Under the pieces are notes generated by a model, which was not told where the DNA came from, ran no database searches, and saw only the letters and a list, made by a program, of their open reading frames with translations. Made by a program: the position numbers and the translations under genes. Shown here piece by piece: positions 1 to 9,792 of a stretch of 64,000 bases of DNA. Numbering within the stretch: the first letter of the stretch is position 1; each line of letters starts with the position of its first letter. Where the stretch lies: NCBI GenBank assembly GCA_965219505.1, contig OZ244775.1, forward strand, positions 2,750,815 to 2,814,814. The letters are read 5' to 3'. The stretch is from Chloroflexota bacterium (GTDB lineage: Bacteria > Chloroflexota > UBA11872 > VXOZ01).

Positions 1-329
1 CGCTTTTGCGTGGGCATTCCCGCGCGCGCCGGTGCCGACTATGCAGACGCGTAACCTGCCGTTAGCCATGTGTAATGTGCTCCTATTTAGTCGGTGAACC
101 GAACGGGCAGTACTTTCCCGTAAAGGAATCGATTTCGCAGGTTCGTCTGTTCTCATCTAGCGTGCGGCATGTGCCTTAGCATGGAGTAATGACACTCTCA
201 TGTCAACGCGCGGCAGCCTCTCCCTCTGAGCTAATGCATAGTGGACCACAAGTCATTATCGCTTGCGAAGCCAACCGGGCTCGTACAACTCCTGACCGTT
301 CCAAGTAAATTACTTGCGCTTGCATCTCG

Positions 330-540
330 ATATAGTTGCCATCCAAGTGGGCTCTCTTACCGTTCGTGCTGAGCATGCCTGTCCTGAGCCTGTCGAAGGA
401 TCGAAGCATGAACGGCCGTCCGAGCACTTTCTACGTCATGGCGGCTGCCACCCTTCGACAGGCTCAGGGCGAACGGCTTGCGTGCTCAGCGTGAATAGCT
501 TTCGTGCTCAGCGAGAGCAGATGCGATGCTCAGCGTGAAC
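330..540. repeat. Cluster of REP-like palindromic repeats (core CGTTCGTGCTGAGCCTGTCGAAG and its inverse CTTCGACAGGCTCAGGGCGAACGG)
   Basis: Core motif and its reverse complement both occur here. The same family recurs at ~1925-1990, 29640-29690, 34616-34860, 39690-39830, 41355-41480 and 54840-54900, always intergenic. Confidence 0.6.
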
Positions 541-679
541 AGGTTTGGTAACTTAGATATCGCGTTTGGTCCTGAGGGCAAGCAAGTTTAGGTGTACCCA
601 GGCAGATTCTCATCGTGAGCAATCGCATTGTCGGACACAAGCGCTCGTCAGCCGCTTCACACTTTGCACGACCCTCCCG

Positions 680-1858
680 TCACCAGCGCGGCCGCATCGG
701 CAGCCAGCTCGGATCTCGCTCTTGCATGGCGGAGACATCGTCCCGGCCCGCGGCTTTATTCTGTAGGTAGCGCTCGTGCGCCGCCTGCAACCGCTCCTCG
801 TCAACCTCCACGCCCAAGCCCGGTTCGGTCGGCACCGGAAGGGCGCCATCCACGAACTGCAACGGCGCGCCCTGCACGATGTCGTCCTCTTCGTTCCACG
901 GATAGTGCGTATCCGAAGCGTAAATCAGATTGGGCGCTGCGGCGGCCCAGTGAGTCATTGCCGCCAGCGAGATTCCCGTGTGGCTGTTGCTGTGTTGGGA
1001 GATGCCAAGGCGGAAGGTCTCGCAGATCTTGGCCAGCGTAAGCGACGCCTGCATCCCACCCCAGTGGTGGTGGTCGGCCAGCACCACCTGCACCGCATCC
1101 ATCTGGACAGAGGGAGCGATATGGGTGAAGGCAGTTACGACCATATTTGTTGCCAGCGGGATCGGCGTTGCCTGCGCCACGGCTGCCATGCCAGCCAGGT
1201 CCGGCGCCGGGTCCTCGTAGTATTCCAGATCGAGGTACTCTACCCAGCCCGCAAAGCGAATGCTCGTCTCCACCGACCAGATGGCATTCGGATCGATGCG
1301 CAATTGGTGCTGGGGGAAGCGCTCACGGAGCTGGCGCATCGTCTCGGCTTCCGCTTCCGGCGGCAGCACACCCCCTTTGAGTTTGAGGGTCTCAAAACCG
1401 TAACGATCCACAAATGTCTCCGCCTGGGCGACGAGTTGCTCCGGGCTCATGGCCTCGCCCCACTCGTCGTCGCCCGCGTACTTATAGAAGAGATACGCTG
1501 AGTAAGGCACGGTATCTCGCACCTTGCCGCCGAGGACGTCACAGACAGGTCTGCCGCCGGCTTTTCCCAGCAGATCGAGCATGGCCGTCTCGTACGCGGC
1601 AAAGACCGGAGGGTTGTTGATAAGGATACGCAACCGATTGAAAAGCGCGGGATCCAGACCTTTCACAAGCGAAGCAGCGCCCTGCAGCTTCCGCAGAATG
1701 TCCTCACCGCCATACGTCTCGCCCCAACCCACGCAACCGTCGTCCGTGGTAAGGCGCACGATTGAGCGGAGCGCAACGGGCTCGTGGACGCCCCAAGAGT
1801 TGCGTAACGGGGGATCGCTAATGGCAATGGGAATGACGTCAACATCAACGATGCGCAT
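680..1858 (-). CDS. Enolase-superfamily enzyme (mandelate racemase/muconate lactonizing enzyme family; glucarate/galactarate dehydratase-like)
   Basis: 392-aa ORF. N-terminal capping domain and TIM-barrel region with a KLKGG-type motif and metal-binding acidic residues typical of MR/MLE family acid-sugar dehydratases. Confidence 0.65.
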   Translation of the reverse strand: MRIVDVDVIPIAISDPPLRNSWGVHEPVALRSIVRLTTDDGCVGWGETYGGEDILRKLQGAASLVKGLDPALFNRLRILINNPPVFAAYETAMLDLLGKAGGRPVCDVLGGKVRDTVPYSAYLFYKYAGDDEWGEAMSPEQLVAQAETFVDRYGFETLKLKGGVLPPEAEAETMRQLRERFPQHQLRIDPNAIWSVETSIRFAGWVEYLDLEYYEDPAPDLAGMAAVAQATPIPLATNMVVTAFTHIAPSVQMDAVQVVLADHHHWGGMQASLTLAKICETFRLGISQHSNSHTGISLAAMTHWAAAAPNLIYASDTHYPWNEEDDIVQGAPLQFVDGALPVPTEPGLGVEVDEERLQAAHERYLQNKAAGRDDVSAMQERDPSWLPMRPRW

Positions 1859-1924
1859 CGGTTTCCGTTCTCCTCTTTGGTGCTAAGCCTTCTTGCTCCG
1901 ATTAGGGGTTCGTAAAAGCTGGGA

Positions 1925-1990
1925 ATAGCCGTTCGTGGTGAGCCTGTCGAACCATGAACGGCGCTTCGACAGGCTCAGCGCGAACGGAAG
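1925..1990. repeat. REP-like inverted-repeat element (CCGTTCGTGGTGAGCCTGTCGAA ... TTCGACAGGCTCAGCGCGAACGG)
   Basis: Perfect hairpin-forming copy of the recurrent repeat family, sitting between two convergent genes. Confidence 0.6.
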
Positions 1991-1998
1991 TTACGGTC

Positions 1999-2865
1999 TT
2001 ACATCAGGGTTGAAAGATCCACGCGCCCGCCGGTTTCCCCTGATTGTCTGGCCGCGACCAGCATGCCGATGATTTCGAGCATCTCCGCGTGGGGAATTGG
2101 ATTCTCTCGCGTCTGTATCATGCGCACAACGGCGCGCATCTGCTCGGCGTAGAAAAAACTGGCGTCCCGCACGGCAATCTCGGCTTTGCCCTCCGTGCCG
2201 TAGACGTTTAGCAAGAACCCGTAGCGAGCACTGCGAATTATCTGCATGGTGACGGCCCGGCCATCTGTATAGCGCACGTGCACGATATCGTACTCGTCCG
2301 TGTATTCATTGCGCACCCACGCGATACCGGGACCCATCACCGTGTAGAAAAGTTCCGCCGCATGGATGCCGTAGTAGACCAGTTCGTTCGGGCCGGTCGC
2401 CACGGCGACCCGGAGGTCGCCGACAAGCTCCTTCTCTTGCGCCTTGAATTCCAGCACCTCGCGGGCGAAGCGGAGCGCCGACGACGACATGAGAGGCGTG
2501 TTGTGGGTCTGGGCAAGCGCTATCATCTCCTGCGCATGCTCTACGCTCAGCGCGAAGGGCTTATCCACAAACGTCGGCACACCAGCCTCCAAATAGGGCC
2601 GTGCCAACTCCAGATGCGTATCGCCGGGGTCTTCGAGCACCAGCACGCCGTCGGCTCGTCCCAAAGCAGAGGTTGGTTCATCGAGGACCGTTGCCAGCCC
2701 TGCCTCGGCAGCGAACGCCTCCGCTGCCGCGCGGTCGCGGTCCCAGACCATGGAGATGCGGGCCACGCCGTTCAGGCCTTCCCCGTTGGGATTCTCCTCG
2801 TTGATTAGCTGGGAAAAAGAACGGGGGTGCTGCGGGCTGAGCCCGATGATGGCAAGTTCGAGCAT
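1999..2865 (-). CDS. Gfo/Idh/MocA-family NAD(P)-dependent oxidoreductase (short form)
   Basis: 288 aa. N-terminal Rossmann beta-strand (LAIIGL) and the VDKPFALSVEHAQEMIALAQ region (EKPla motif) characteristic of GFO_IDH_MocA. Confidence 0.6.
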   Translation of the reverse strand: MLELAIIGLSPQHPRSFSQLINEENPNGEGLNGVARISMVWDRDRAAAEAFAAEAGLATVLDEPTSALGRADGVLVLEDPGDTHLELARPYLEAGVPTFVDKPFALSVEHAQEMIALAQTHNTPLMSSSALRFAREVLEFKAQEKELVGDLRVAVATGPNELVYYGIHAAELFYTVMGPGIAWVRNEYTDEYDIVHVRYTDGRAVTMQIIRSARYGFLLNVYGTEGKAEIAVRDASFFYAEQMRAVVRMIQTRENPIPHAEMLEIIGMLVAARQSGETGGRVDLSTLM

Positions 2866-3151
2866 GGAGCGCTTCCTTTCAAGCAGATGATGCGATTCGG
2901 AGTTGCCACTTGTGGATGTGCCTAATGATACTCTACTGCAAAATCTCGTAGATTAGACTTGACCTAGCAAGTCGCTCAGGCTATCCAGGCTTAGTCCACA
3001 CGAGCCCCGGCTGGTCAAGGTATAAGACCCAACACACTCACCCTCGCCGTCAGGGTCACTGCGAATACGTACTCGACGCCAGTCCCGGCAACGCCTTCGG
3101 TGTATATGTCTATCTTGACAGTGTTATTGTAGATTTCTATGTTCCTGAACA

Positions 3152-3445
3152 CAATAGGCGTCAAGGGCAGCCGAGCAGTGGATCAAGGAAGGGAAGTACG
3201 CCCTGAACTGGACTCGGCTGTCGTGCCATCGGTTCGTGGCCAACCGGGTGCGTCTGTCTGTGTTCGTCCTGGCGTACAATCTTGGGAACTTCCTTCGACG
3301 GCTGTGTCTGCCCAAGGCGGTCAAGCACTGGTCGCTGCGGAGTGTGCAGGTCAAGGTGATCAAGACGGGAGGCCGTCTGGTGCGGCACTCCCGGCTATTG
3401 ATCTTTCAGTTGTCCGAGGTGTCGGTTCCTCGAAGGTTGTTCTAG
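3152..3445 (+). pseudogene. 3' remnant of an IS4/IS1380-type DDE transposase gene (C-terminal ~95 codons only)
   Basis: Translation ...AEQWIKEGKYALNWTRLSCHRFVANRVRLSVFVLAYNLGNFLRRLCLPKAVKHWSLRSVQVKVIKTGGRLVRHSRLLIFQLSEVSVPRRLF* is the conserved C-terminus of IS4/IS1380-group transposases. Upstream stops in this frame mean no intact N-terminal catalytic region. The surrounding 2.9-3.9 kb has no convincing genes. Confidence 0.7.
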
Positions 3446-3952
3446 GGAGTGTTGGATCGTATCGGCCGGTTATCGTCGGCGCCAAGCTGAGGAAGGGTAC
3501 AACTACGACCTTGTCAAGAGGGAGAGCGCTCCAGGGAGTCGGCTTGTCTTCAATGCGGTTTCACCCCACTGGCGGGAGGCCGAAGACGACAAAGATGGAC
3601 AAGAAACATGGTTCACGGCAAGAATCGCATCCGTTATTGGATAGACCGGAGATTGACTGGCCTTGCAGAACCTGACTATTATGATACCATCTCGTTTGGA
3701 TTGCCCTTTGAGCCTGAAGACTCCCAATGTGGGAAATGCCGGATACACTGGCGCGACGGGGCGTAAGCGGCTTCGCGCCCCGGGAAGCTCAGCCTCCGTC
3801 TGAGCTTCCACCACTCGGCCATCCTGGAGTTCGACGGCCCCAGCTATCGGAACGGGGCAGCTCAGAAGCGCCTTCAACAGGAGGTCTACCGGCAAAAATA
3901 ATAGACGCACACCGGCAACAATAGTTGACGCCGATCAAGAGGAGAACAGGGA

Positions 3953-4516
3953 ATGAATGGACAAGTATTGGCTTACTCCGCTCAAACCAACTCGGGACTG
4001 ATCACAGGGGATGACGGCAACCGATATAACTTTGTCGGGACCGAATGGAAAGACCAGGCCATTCCCAACCGGGGAATGCGGGTGGATTTCGAGGCGCAGG
4101 ACAGCGATGCTGTAGCCATTTACCGTGCTACGCCGGCCCCCGGCGCCGGCGGGATTGGCGCCGCTCTCGAGGGCGTGATGGGCTCCGAGAAGACCAAGGT
4201 GGTTGCCGGGCTGCTGGGGATATTCCTTGGCTGGGCCGGCGTCCACAAGTTCTATCTGGGCATCAAGAGGCCCGCAATAATACAGCTGGCAGTTGGCGGC
4301 GGCGGCCTAGTGCTGGCTACGATTGTGGGCAGTGCATTCATAGCTTTGGGAATGTTCGGCATTGGCATCGTCATTGGGATTTTGATGTACGTGGTTGGCT
4401 ATGCTGCTCTGATGGCGGCTGGCGTACTTGGGTTGGTGGAAGGCATTATCTACCTGACCAAGTCGGATGAAGACTTCCAGAGTATCTACGTTACCGGCCA
4501 GAAGCAGTGGCTATAG
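3953..4516 (+). CDS. TM2-domain membrane protein with N-terminal soluble domain
   Basis: 187 aa. RBS-like AGGAGAACAGGG upstream. C-terminal half carries the TM2 signature (GIFLGWAGVHKFYLG) and two hydrophobic helices. Confidence 0.6.
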   Translation: MNGQVLAYSAQTNSGLITGDDGNRYNFVGTEWKDQAIPNRGMRVDFEAQDSDAVAIYRATPAPGAGGIGAALEGVMGSEKTKVVAGLLGIFLGWAGVHKFYLGIKRPAIIQLAVGGGGLVLATIVGSAFIALGMFGIGIVIGILMYVVGYAALMAAGVLGLVEGIIYLTKSDEDFQSIYVTGQKQWL

Positions 4517-5284
4517 TCGGACGCGAGCGGTGTGTCGGCGTGTCGGATGTATGTTGGGGGTGGTGGGCCTCCACCGCGCTCGCTACACTCGCACGTCCCC
4601 TCCCGTCTGTGTCGCGGCGCTGGCCGTGCTGATCGCCCTTCTCCTGGTTGCATGCGGGTTAGGGGTCTCTGGCAGAAGATATGCACTCGCCTTGGTGTCC
4701 GGTATCTGCGTGAGGCAGCGGAATACAAGCCCTCGCGCTACACATAGCCGTCACATCCTTTGTCGCAGCCTAGTGTCATTCCGAGCGCGCCGCAGCCCCG
4801 TGCTTGACACGGGGGAGGAATCTTGGATTTCAGTCCGCCCTCAACGGCAACTGGGCGGCATCGACTTTGACCGAGATTGCAGATCATGTAGAAAAGCAAG
4901 AGAGCCGGTCAGGATGCCGAATGGGAACGGCATTGTACAATTGGATACTAGGCAATGACCACAAGTCTTGCTACAGCCACGGCAGCGGGCGACTTGGAAA
5001 GCATAGAAGATTTATCCCCGCTAATTATAGGGGGGGGTCATTCTAGCCAGGAACGGCAGCACCGTCATGCCCGACCCGTCCTGTGGAAGGGGACACTGGC
5101 CAAGGTGGCCGTAGTCGCCGTCCCGAATAGCAACGCCGCCGTCCTCAGCCTCCAGAGGACGGACTCCGACACGGCTGGGCGCGGGTATCGCCTGGCGATA
5201 GCTGCTCTCCGATAGTAGTGTGAAGGGCGGTTGTCCGGCGGAGTCAAGTCAGGCAGTGCGACCCGAGAAGGAAGGTAGGCCACT

Positions 5285-7003
5285 GTGAGTGTGGTGACAG
5301 CAGTGGCGGCCCTTGCCGCCATCGGCTTGCTGTTCGCGATAGACCCAGGCGGGGCAATCGCTGAAATCGGCTTTCCTGACTTCCGGGAGTTGGACCGGAG
5401 GCAGTTGGCGTTCTTGGGCTTCGGCACGATAGGCGTAGTCGCGGCGCACTTGGTCATTATCGTGCTGTGGCTGTGGCCCAAGTACCGGCCCCCACAGGCG
5501 TCGGAGGCGCATCGGTCCCCATGGTACTCGGGAACCCTGCAGCCCGATTCAATGCCCGCGGCGGCGGTATCTGCGCTGGGAGGCCACATGATATGGAGCC
5601 CGACGCTGCTGGCCTCCATCATCGAGATGTGCCAGCGCGGCACGCTGCGAATCGAGGCCATCGGAACAACGATCGGCTTCCTGTATCGGCTGTCTTGGCA
5701 GGCTCCCGCACAGTATGACTGGGAGCGAACGATATGCGAAAGCATGCCGATGCGTGCCACGACGGTTGATGCGCTCCATGAAGCGATAAATAAGCGCGAG
5801 GATGCCATCGGCGACCAGATAGGGGACTACCTGCAGCATCGCGGCCTTTTCCATGACAATCCGGTGCGAGTCAGGAGAGAAAACTTCGGCGATGCAATCG
5901 GATGGGGAATGCTGGCCGGCGCCTTGATGGGCGTTGGCAGCGGACTTTTGGCGGCTGTATGGCTGGACCAGTGGTGGGCGAACGCCCTGATCGGCGCGTT
6001 CACAGGCCTCGTATACTTGATGATGGCGCCGTCGATACCAACGGGCATGGTGCCGACAACGCAGAGGGGAGCGCATGAGAAAAGTCAGTGGCTAGGCTGG
6101 CAAGAGACTATGGCCGGACCTGCCCCGCCCGATGCCCGGAACAAAGCTGATTCCATATTGCCCTATGCCGTGGCGCTGAATGTGGCCCAGCCATGGCTCA
6201 ACGTCTCGGACTCGGCTCCGCCGTGGTTCGGATCCGGCAGCGCATCCTCCCTGCAAGGCGCCGACCTGGACGCGGCCTATCGCGGTTTCATGCACGCGCC
6301 GGAATGGTGGCTGACCGGACGGTCGGGCGATGCGGCGAAAGCGGCCGCGGGACTGGGTTACGAGGCAGAGCTTGAGCTGCTCCAATTGGAGTCGCCGGAT
6401 ACCGGGAAGGCCGTGCACAGGGAGACCGCCGACGAAATCCAGGACATAGCCCGTGAGCCGGTTTCACAGCGCAGTTCTCTGGAAGGTGCGCCGTCACCGC
6501 CATCGGGCGGGTATCAACAGTACAGGGGAGAAAAACTGATTGAGGAATCGAAGAGCGGCGGGTGCCTCCGCGGGTGCTTCATATGGGTGGTAAGCCTGTT
6601 GGGCATAGGGGCGTTGGTCTTGGTCGTCCTGTTCAGCCTCGACGTGGTATCGCCGCGCGTCAAGCCGTGTTCCTTGAACTCTCCCCGTATCCCCACCCCA
6701 GCACAGATTGCGGTGGCCGGCGACCTGTTTCGCGATGAATGCGTGAAGGTCAGTGGCACGGTCGTGTTCCAAGACGCCGACGAGCTAGTGGTGGAGATGA
6801 ATCGGGGCGAGTACGTGCAGCGAGTTAACGTCCTCGACCCGTCGGAGGTCCTCGAAGCAATCCCCCCGGGCCGCGTGGTGACCCTGGCTGGGCGGCTCAA
6901 AGTGGAGGAGGACGGGACGTACGCAGTCCACTTCCTACCGGACCATGGATCGGACCGAGGGTGGTGGCGGAACCTCCGGGAGAACCTCCAAGGGTTGTTC
7001 TAG
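5285..7003 (+). CDS. Hypothetical polytopic membrane protein (572 aa, GTG start)
   Basis: Long ORF with several hydrophobic segments (N-terminal, ~aa 200-250, ~aa 440-470) and a good RBS (GAAGGTAGG). No recognisable catalytic motif. The antisense ORF 5065-5808 is judged spurious. Confidence 0.45.
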   Translation: MSVVTAVAALAAIGLLFAIDPGGAIAEIGFPDFRELDRRQLAFLGFGTIGVVAAHLVIIVLWLWPKYRPPQASEAHRSPWYSGTLQPDSMPAAAVSALGGHMIWSPTLLASIIEMCQRGTLRIEAIGTTIGFLYRLSWQAPAQYDWERTICESMPMRATTVDALHEAINKREDAIGDQIGDYLQHRGLFHDNPVRVRRENFGDAIGWGMLAGALMGVGSGLLAAVWLDQWWANALIGAFTGLVYLMMAPSIPTGMVPTTQRGAHEKSQWLGWQETMAGPAPPDARNKADSILPYAVALNVAQPWLNVSDSAPPWFGSGSASSLQGADLDAAYRGFMHAPEWWLTGRSGDAAKAAAGLGYEAELELLQLESPDTGKAVHRETADEIQDIAREPVSQRSSLEGAPSPPSGGYQQYRGEKLIEESKSGGCLRGCFIWVVSLLGIGALVLVVLFSLDVVSPRVKPCSLNSPRIPTPAQIAVAGDLFRDECVKVSGTVVFQDADELVVEMNRGEYVQRVNVLDPSEVLEAIPPGRVVTLAGRLKVEEDGTYAVHFLPDHGSDRGWWRNLRENLQGLF

Positions 7004-7243
7004 GTGGCTGTGGGTGCGAAAGCCATTGGTGATGCCTTTCCCACGATGTCGGTTAAGGAGTCATCCCATCCAGGAAGAAGAGCATGAAGCATGACAGTCC
7101 CAGTTTTGGTGAAACCGTGGGCTTCGACCTGGACGATGGAATCGACCATCGCGAGGGCCACGCCCGGTTCCGGTCCTGGACCAGGTTCTCCTGGGAGACC
7201 AGCGTCTTCAACGGGTCACTGAGTAATGATTTCAGTCCCATTG

Positions 7244-7462
7244 GAGACCTTTGCGTAACCCTTGCTGAGGCGAGAAAGTCCCCTCTCCCGGCGGGAGAGG
7301 GTTAGGGTGAGGGGGAATCCCCGCAATCTGGGCTATTTTCACCGATTTTGCACACTTAAGTATAGGTCTTAGAGGTTGAAAGGACGGAATAAGCAGGAAT
7401 CCCCTCACCCCATGGAGAGGGAGTAATTATTGCGCCTCTGGCGGAAGTTACGCAAAGGTCTC
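7244..7462. mobile_element. MITE-like palindromic element, copy 1 (~219 bp) with 16-bp perfect terminal inverted repeats GAGACCTTTGCGTAAC / GTTACGCAAAGGTCTC
   Basis: Second copy at 51917-52149, ~85% identical, with TIRs AGAGACCTTTGCATAAC/GTTACGCAAGGGTCTCT. Internal arms CCCCTCTCCCGGCGGGAGAGGG and GGAATCCCCTCACCCC are mutually complementary. No coding capacity. Confidence 0.7.
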
Positions 7463-8051
7463 TATTGGGTCTAAGAGTGGAGCCAAAGGATGGGTCCAAT
7501 GTCCTAGGTGGGTCTCAGTCGTTCGCTACGGCAGAAGAATTCGAGTCCCCGCAGGACTTAGCTATGCACTGGTGGATCGGGGAGGACGCGAACCGAAACG
7601 GACACACTGGGCGCTGGGCGTTAGAGAAGACATCTTCTTCAATTGAGAGCCACCCAACTGGCACTTGTATAAGAGCCAATGTTCCGACACCAATGGGTAT
7701 GGGCTAAGTCCTTCGTTGGGTTACGTCTCTTGCCAGACTCAAGACTCTCAGGTAATACGCTGATTTGATAGGTAGGAGGAGAGTCGCCGTAGGATGAGTT
7801 CGAAGCATACCCTCGTAACACGTGGGGGCACGACATGTCGTGCCCCCACCCTCTCGTCGTGAGGTTGAATTGGCTGTGCCAAGATCGCAATAGGCCAATT
7901 CTGGGCCTGCAATGTGCGGTTTATGACTTGACTATTGGTCTATACGATGTTATCAAGTCTATTGACAGACCGTCTCTCGATATCCTGCTCTCGCAAGAGA
8001 GGGGAATCAGAGGTAAATCGAGTTTCTGCAGTTACGCAGAGGAGGCCAACC

Positions 8052-9449
8052 ATGCGTACCTCAAGACGGCGAATACTCGGAACCGGCATCGGCTTTGCGG
8101 GCGCTGCGGCGCTGCTTGCCGCCTGCGGACAAACCGCGGCCCCAATGGCGGACGCGCCCAAGGATGAAGCGCCCGAGGCTGAGACCAAAGAGGCCCCCGC
8201 AGCGCCCATGGAGGCCACAGAGGTGGTCTACTGGTCGCTCACGTCGGCGTGGGGTTCTTTCAACGAAGAGATCGGCGCTGAGCTCGTGGCAGAGTTCAAC
8301 GAGACATTCGAGGCCTACAACGTTTCCACCATACCCAAGGGCGGTGGAGACCTGCGCGATACGCTGCCGACGGCGGTAGCGGGCGGCGCGCCGCCCGACC
8401 TGGCGTTTGAGGACCGTTACATTCCCAAGACCATGGCGGTGAATGGCGTAGTCCGTGACATCACGGACATGGTCAAGATGTCGTCCATCATCAACACTGC
8501 CGATATGTGGGAGCGCATTCTCAACGACGTTACCTACCGCGGGCATCACTTCGGCTTGCCGTGGTCGGCAGACGTGCGCACGCTGTTCTACAACAACGAC
8601 GCGCTGCTCGAGGTAGGCCTGGACCCGGAAAGGCCGCCCACCTCGTGGGATGAATTCCACGAAGCCATCAACAAGACCTTCAAGAAAGAGGCCGGCAGCA
8701 TCGCCCGTCTCGGCTACGTGCCGTTGTGGGGCAGCGGCGGCTCTCTCGCCGGCTGGATGATCCCCTACTGGCAGCAGGGCGGCGACCTGACGTCAGCCGA
8801 CGACAGCACGTCCACCATGAACAATGAGATGATGGTGAATGCGTTCGAGCATACGGTGCGCATGTATGACGAGCAGGACGGCTACGACGCCGTCGCGGAG
8901 TTCCGCGGCGACGTCCGTACGCAGCAGATCTTCATCGACAGCAAGCTGGCGATGTACTTCGAGATCTACGACATCCCGAACTTCCCCGCCTACCGCGAGG
9001 GTTTTGCGGCGCTCAGCTACGGCCTGGCGGTGGAGCCGATTCCACCCGGCGGCACGCCCGCAACCTACGGCGGCGGCGGCTCCAAGGTGATGCCGAACGC
9101 TTCCAGTAACCCGGATGGCGCGTTCGCCTTTTTGGAGTGGCTCTACGACGCGCCGCAGGAGCTGCGCTTCAACGACGCCAAGGGCCGCCTGCCGGTGCAC
9201 AAGGCCGTCGCGAACAGTCCCGAGTGGACCAAGGACGACCCGCTGCGCTTGCAGGCCTCCATCGAGATGGCCGGCGCGCACTGGGTGGTGACCGCTCCCG
9301 GCGGCATCGAAATCCTCGGCCTGCACGTGGCGCTGCCGCGCGCGATCTACCAGGGTGAAAAGACCATCCAGGAAGCCATCGCCGAGACCAACGAGCAGAC
9401 CCAAATCGTCCTCGACGAGACGCTCTCAAACTCGGTGCTGGACTTCTAG
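8052..9449 (+). CDS. ABC transporter substrate-binding lipoprotein (extracellular solute-binding protein family 1, carbohydrate type)
   Basis: Start at MRTSRRRILGTGIGFAGAAALLAACG (Tat-like RR plus lipobox) with GGAGG RBS. SBP_bac_1-like throughout. Paralog of 15258-16658. Confidence 0.8.
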   Translation: MRTSRRRILGTGIGFAGAAALLAACGQTAAPMADAPKDEAPEAETKEAPAAPMEATEVVYWSLTSAWGSFNEEIGAELVAEFNETFEAYNVSTIPKGGGDLRDTLPTAVAGGAPPDLAFEDRYIPKTMAVNGVVRDITDMVKMSSIINTADMWERILNDVTYRGHHFGLPWSADVRTLFYNNDALLEVGLDPERPPTSWDEFHEAINKTFKKEAGSIARLGYVPLWGSGGSLAGWMIPYWQQGGDLTSADDSTSTMNNEMMVNAFEHTVRMYDEQDGYDAVAEFRGDVRTQQIFIDSKLAMYFEIYDIPNFPAYREGFAALSYGLAVEPIPPGGTPATYGGGGSKVMPNASSNPDGAFAFLEWLYDAPQELRFNDAKGRLPVHKAVANSPEWTKDDPLRLQASIEMAGAHWVVTAPGGIEILGLHVALPRAIYQGEKTIQEAIAETNEQTQIVLDETLSNSVLDF

Positions 9450-9512
9450 GCACTAAGGGAATACGTGGGATAAAGTTGCTGAGGAGCGCTTTTCCTCACT
9501 ATTGCGAATTGA

Positions 9513-9548
9513 AGGAAAAGGACAACCACTACGGGTTGTCCTTTTCCT
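9513..9548 (+). terminator. Rho-independent terminator candidate (14-bp perfect stem GGAAAAGGACAACC / GGTTGTCCTTTTCC followed by TTAGTTGT)
   Basis: Perfect hairpin 60 bp downstream of the SBP stop codon, followed by a T-rich run. Confidence 0.55.
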
Positions 9549-9792
9549 TAGTTGTGGGGGTGCGGAGGTGAGCAGATGGCAGGCATTAGTGTTGTATGGA
9601 CAAGCGAGCCGCGCGGCAAGGAAGGGCAGTCCTCGGCGATTGCCCTTCCCTCCTCTTGCTTCAAGGTGGGTTCGATCCCTGTACCTGATAGCCCGTCAGA
9701 ACGGGAGATATCGCGGTTTTAGCACCCAGTATCGTGTGTGGCCGAACGGCGCTGTGGGATAGCGGCCGGATCGCCTTGAGAGGCAGTGACGA

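Noticed and set aside
3503-3910. 135-aa ORF in the gene-poor region
   Set aside because: No RBS or homology. Lies within the presumed IS scar.
5065-5808. 247-aa ORF overlapping the start of the 572-aa membrane protein on the opposite strand
   Set aside because: No RBS. Overlaps a better-supported gene and a non-coding GC-rich region.
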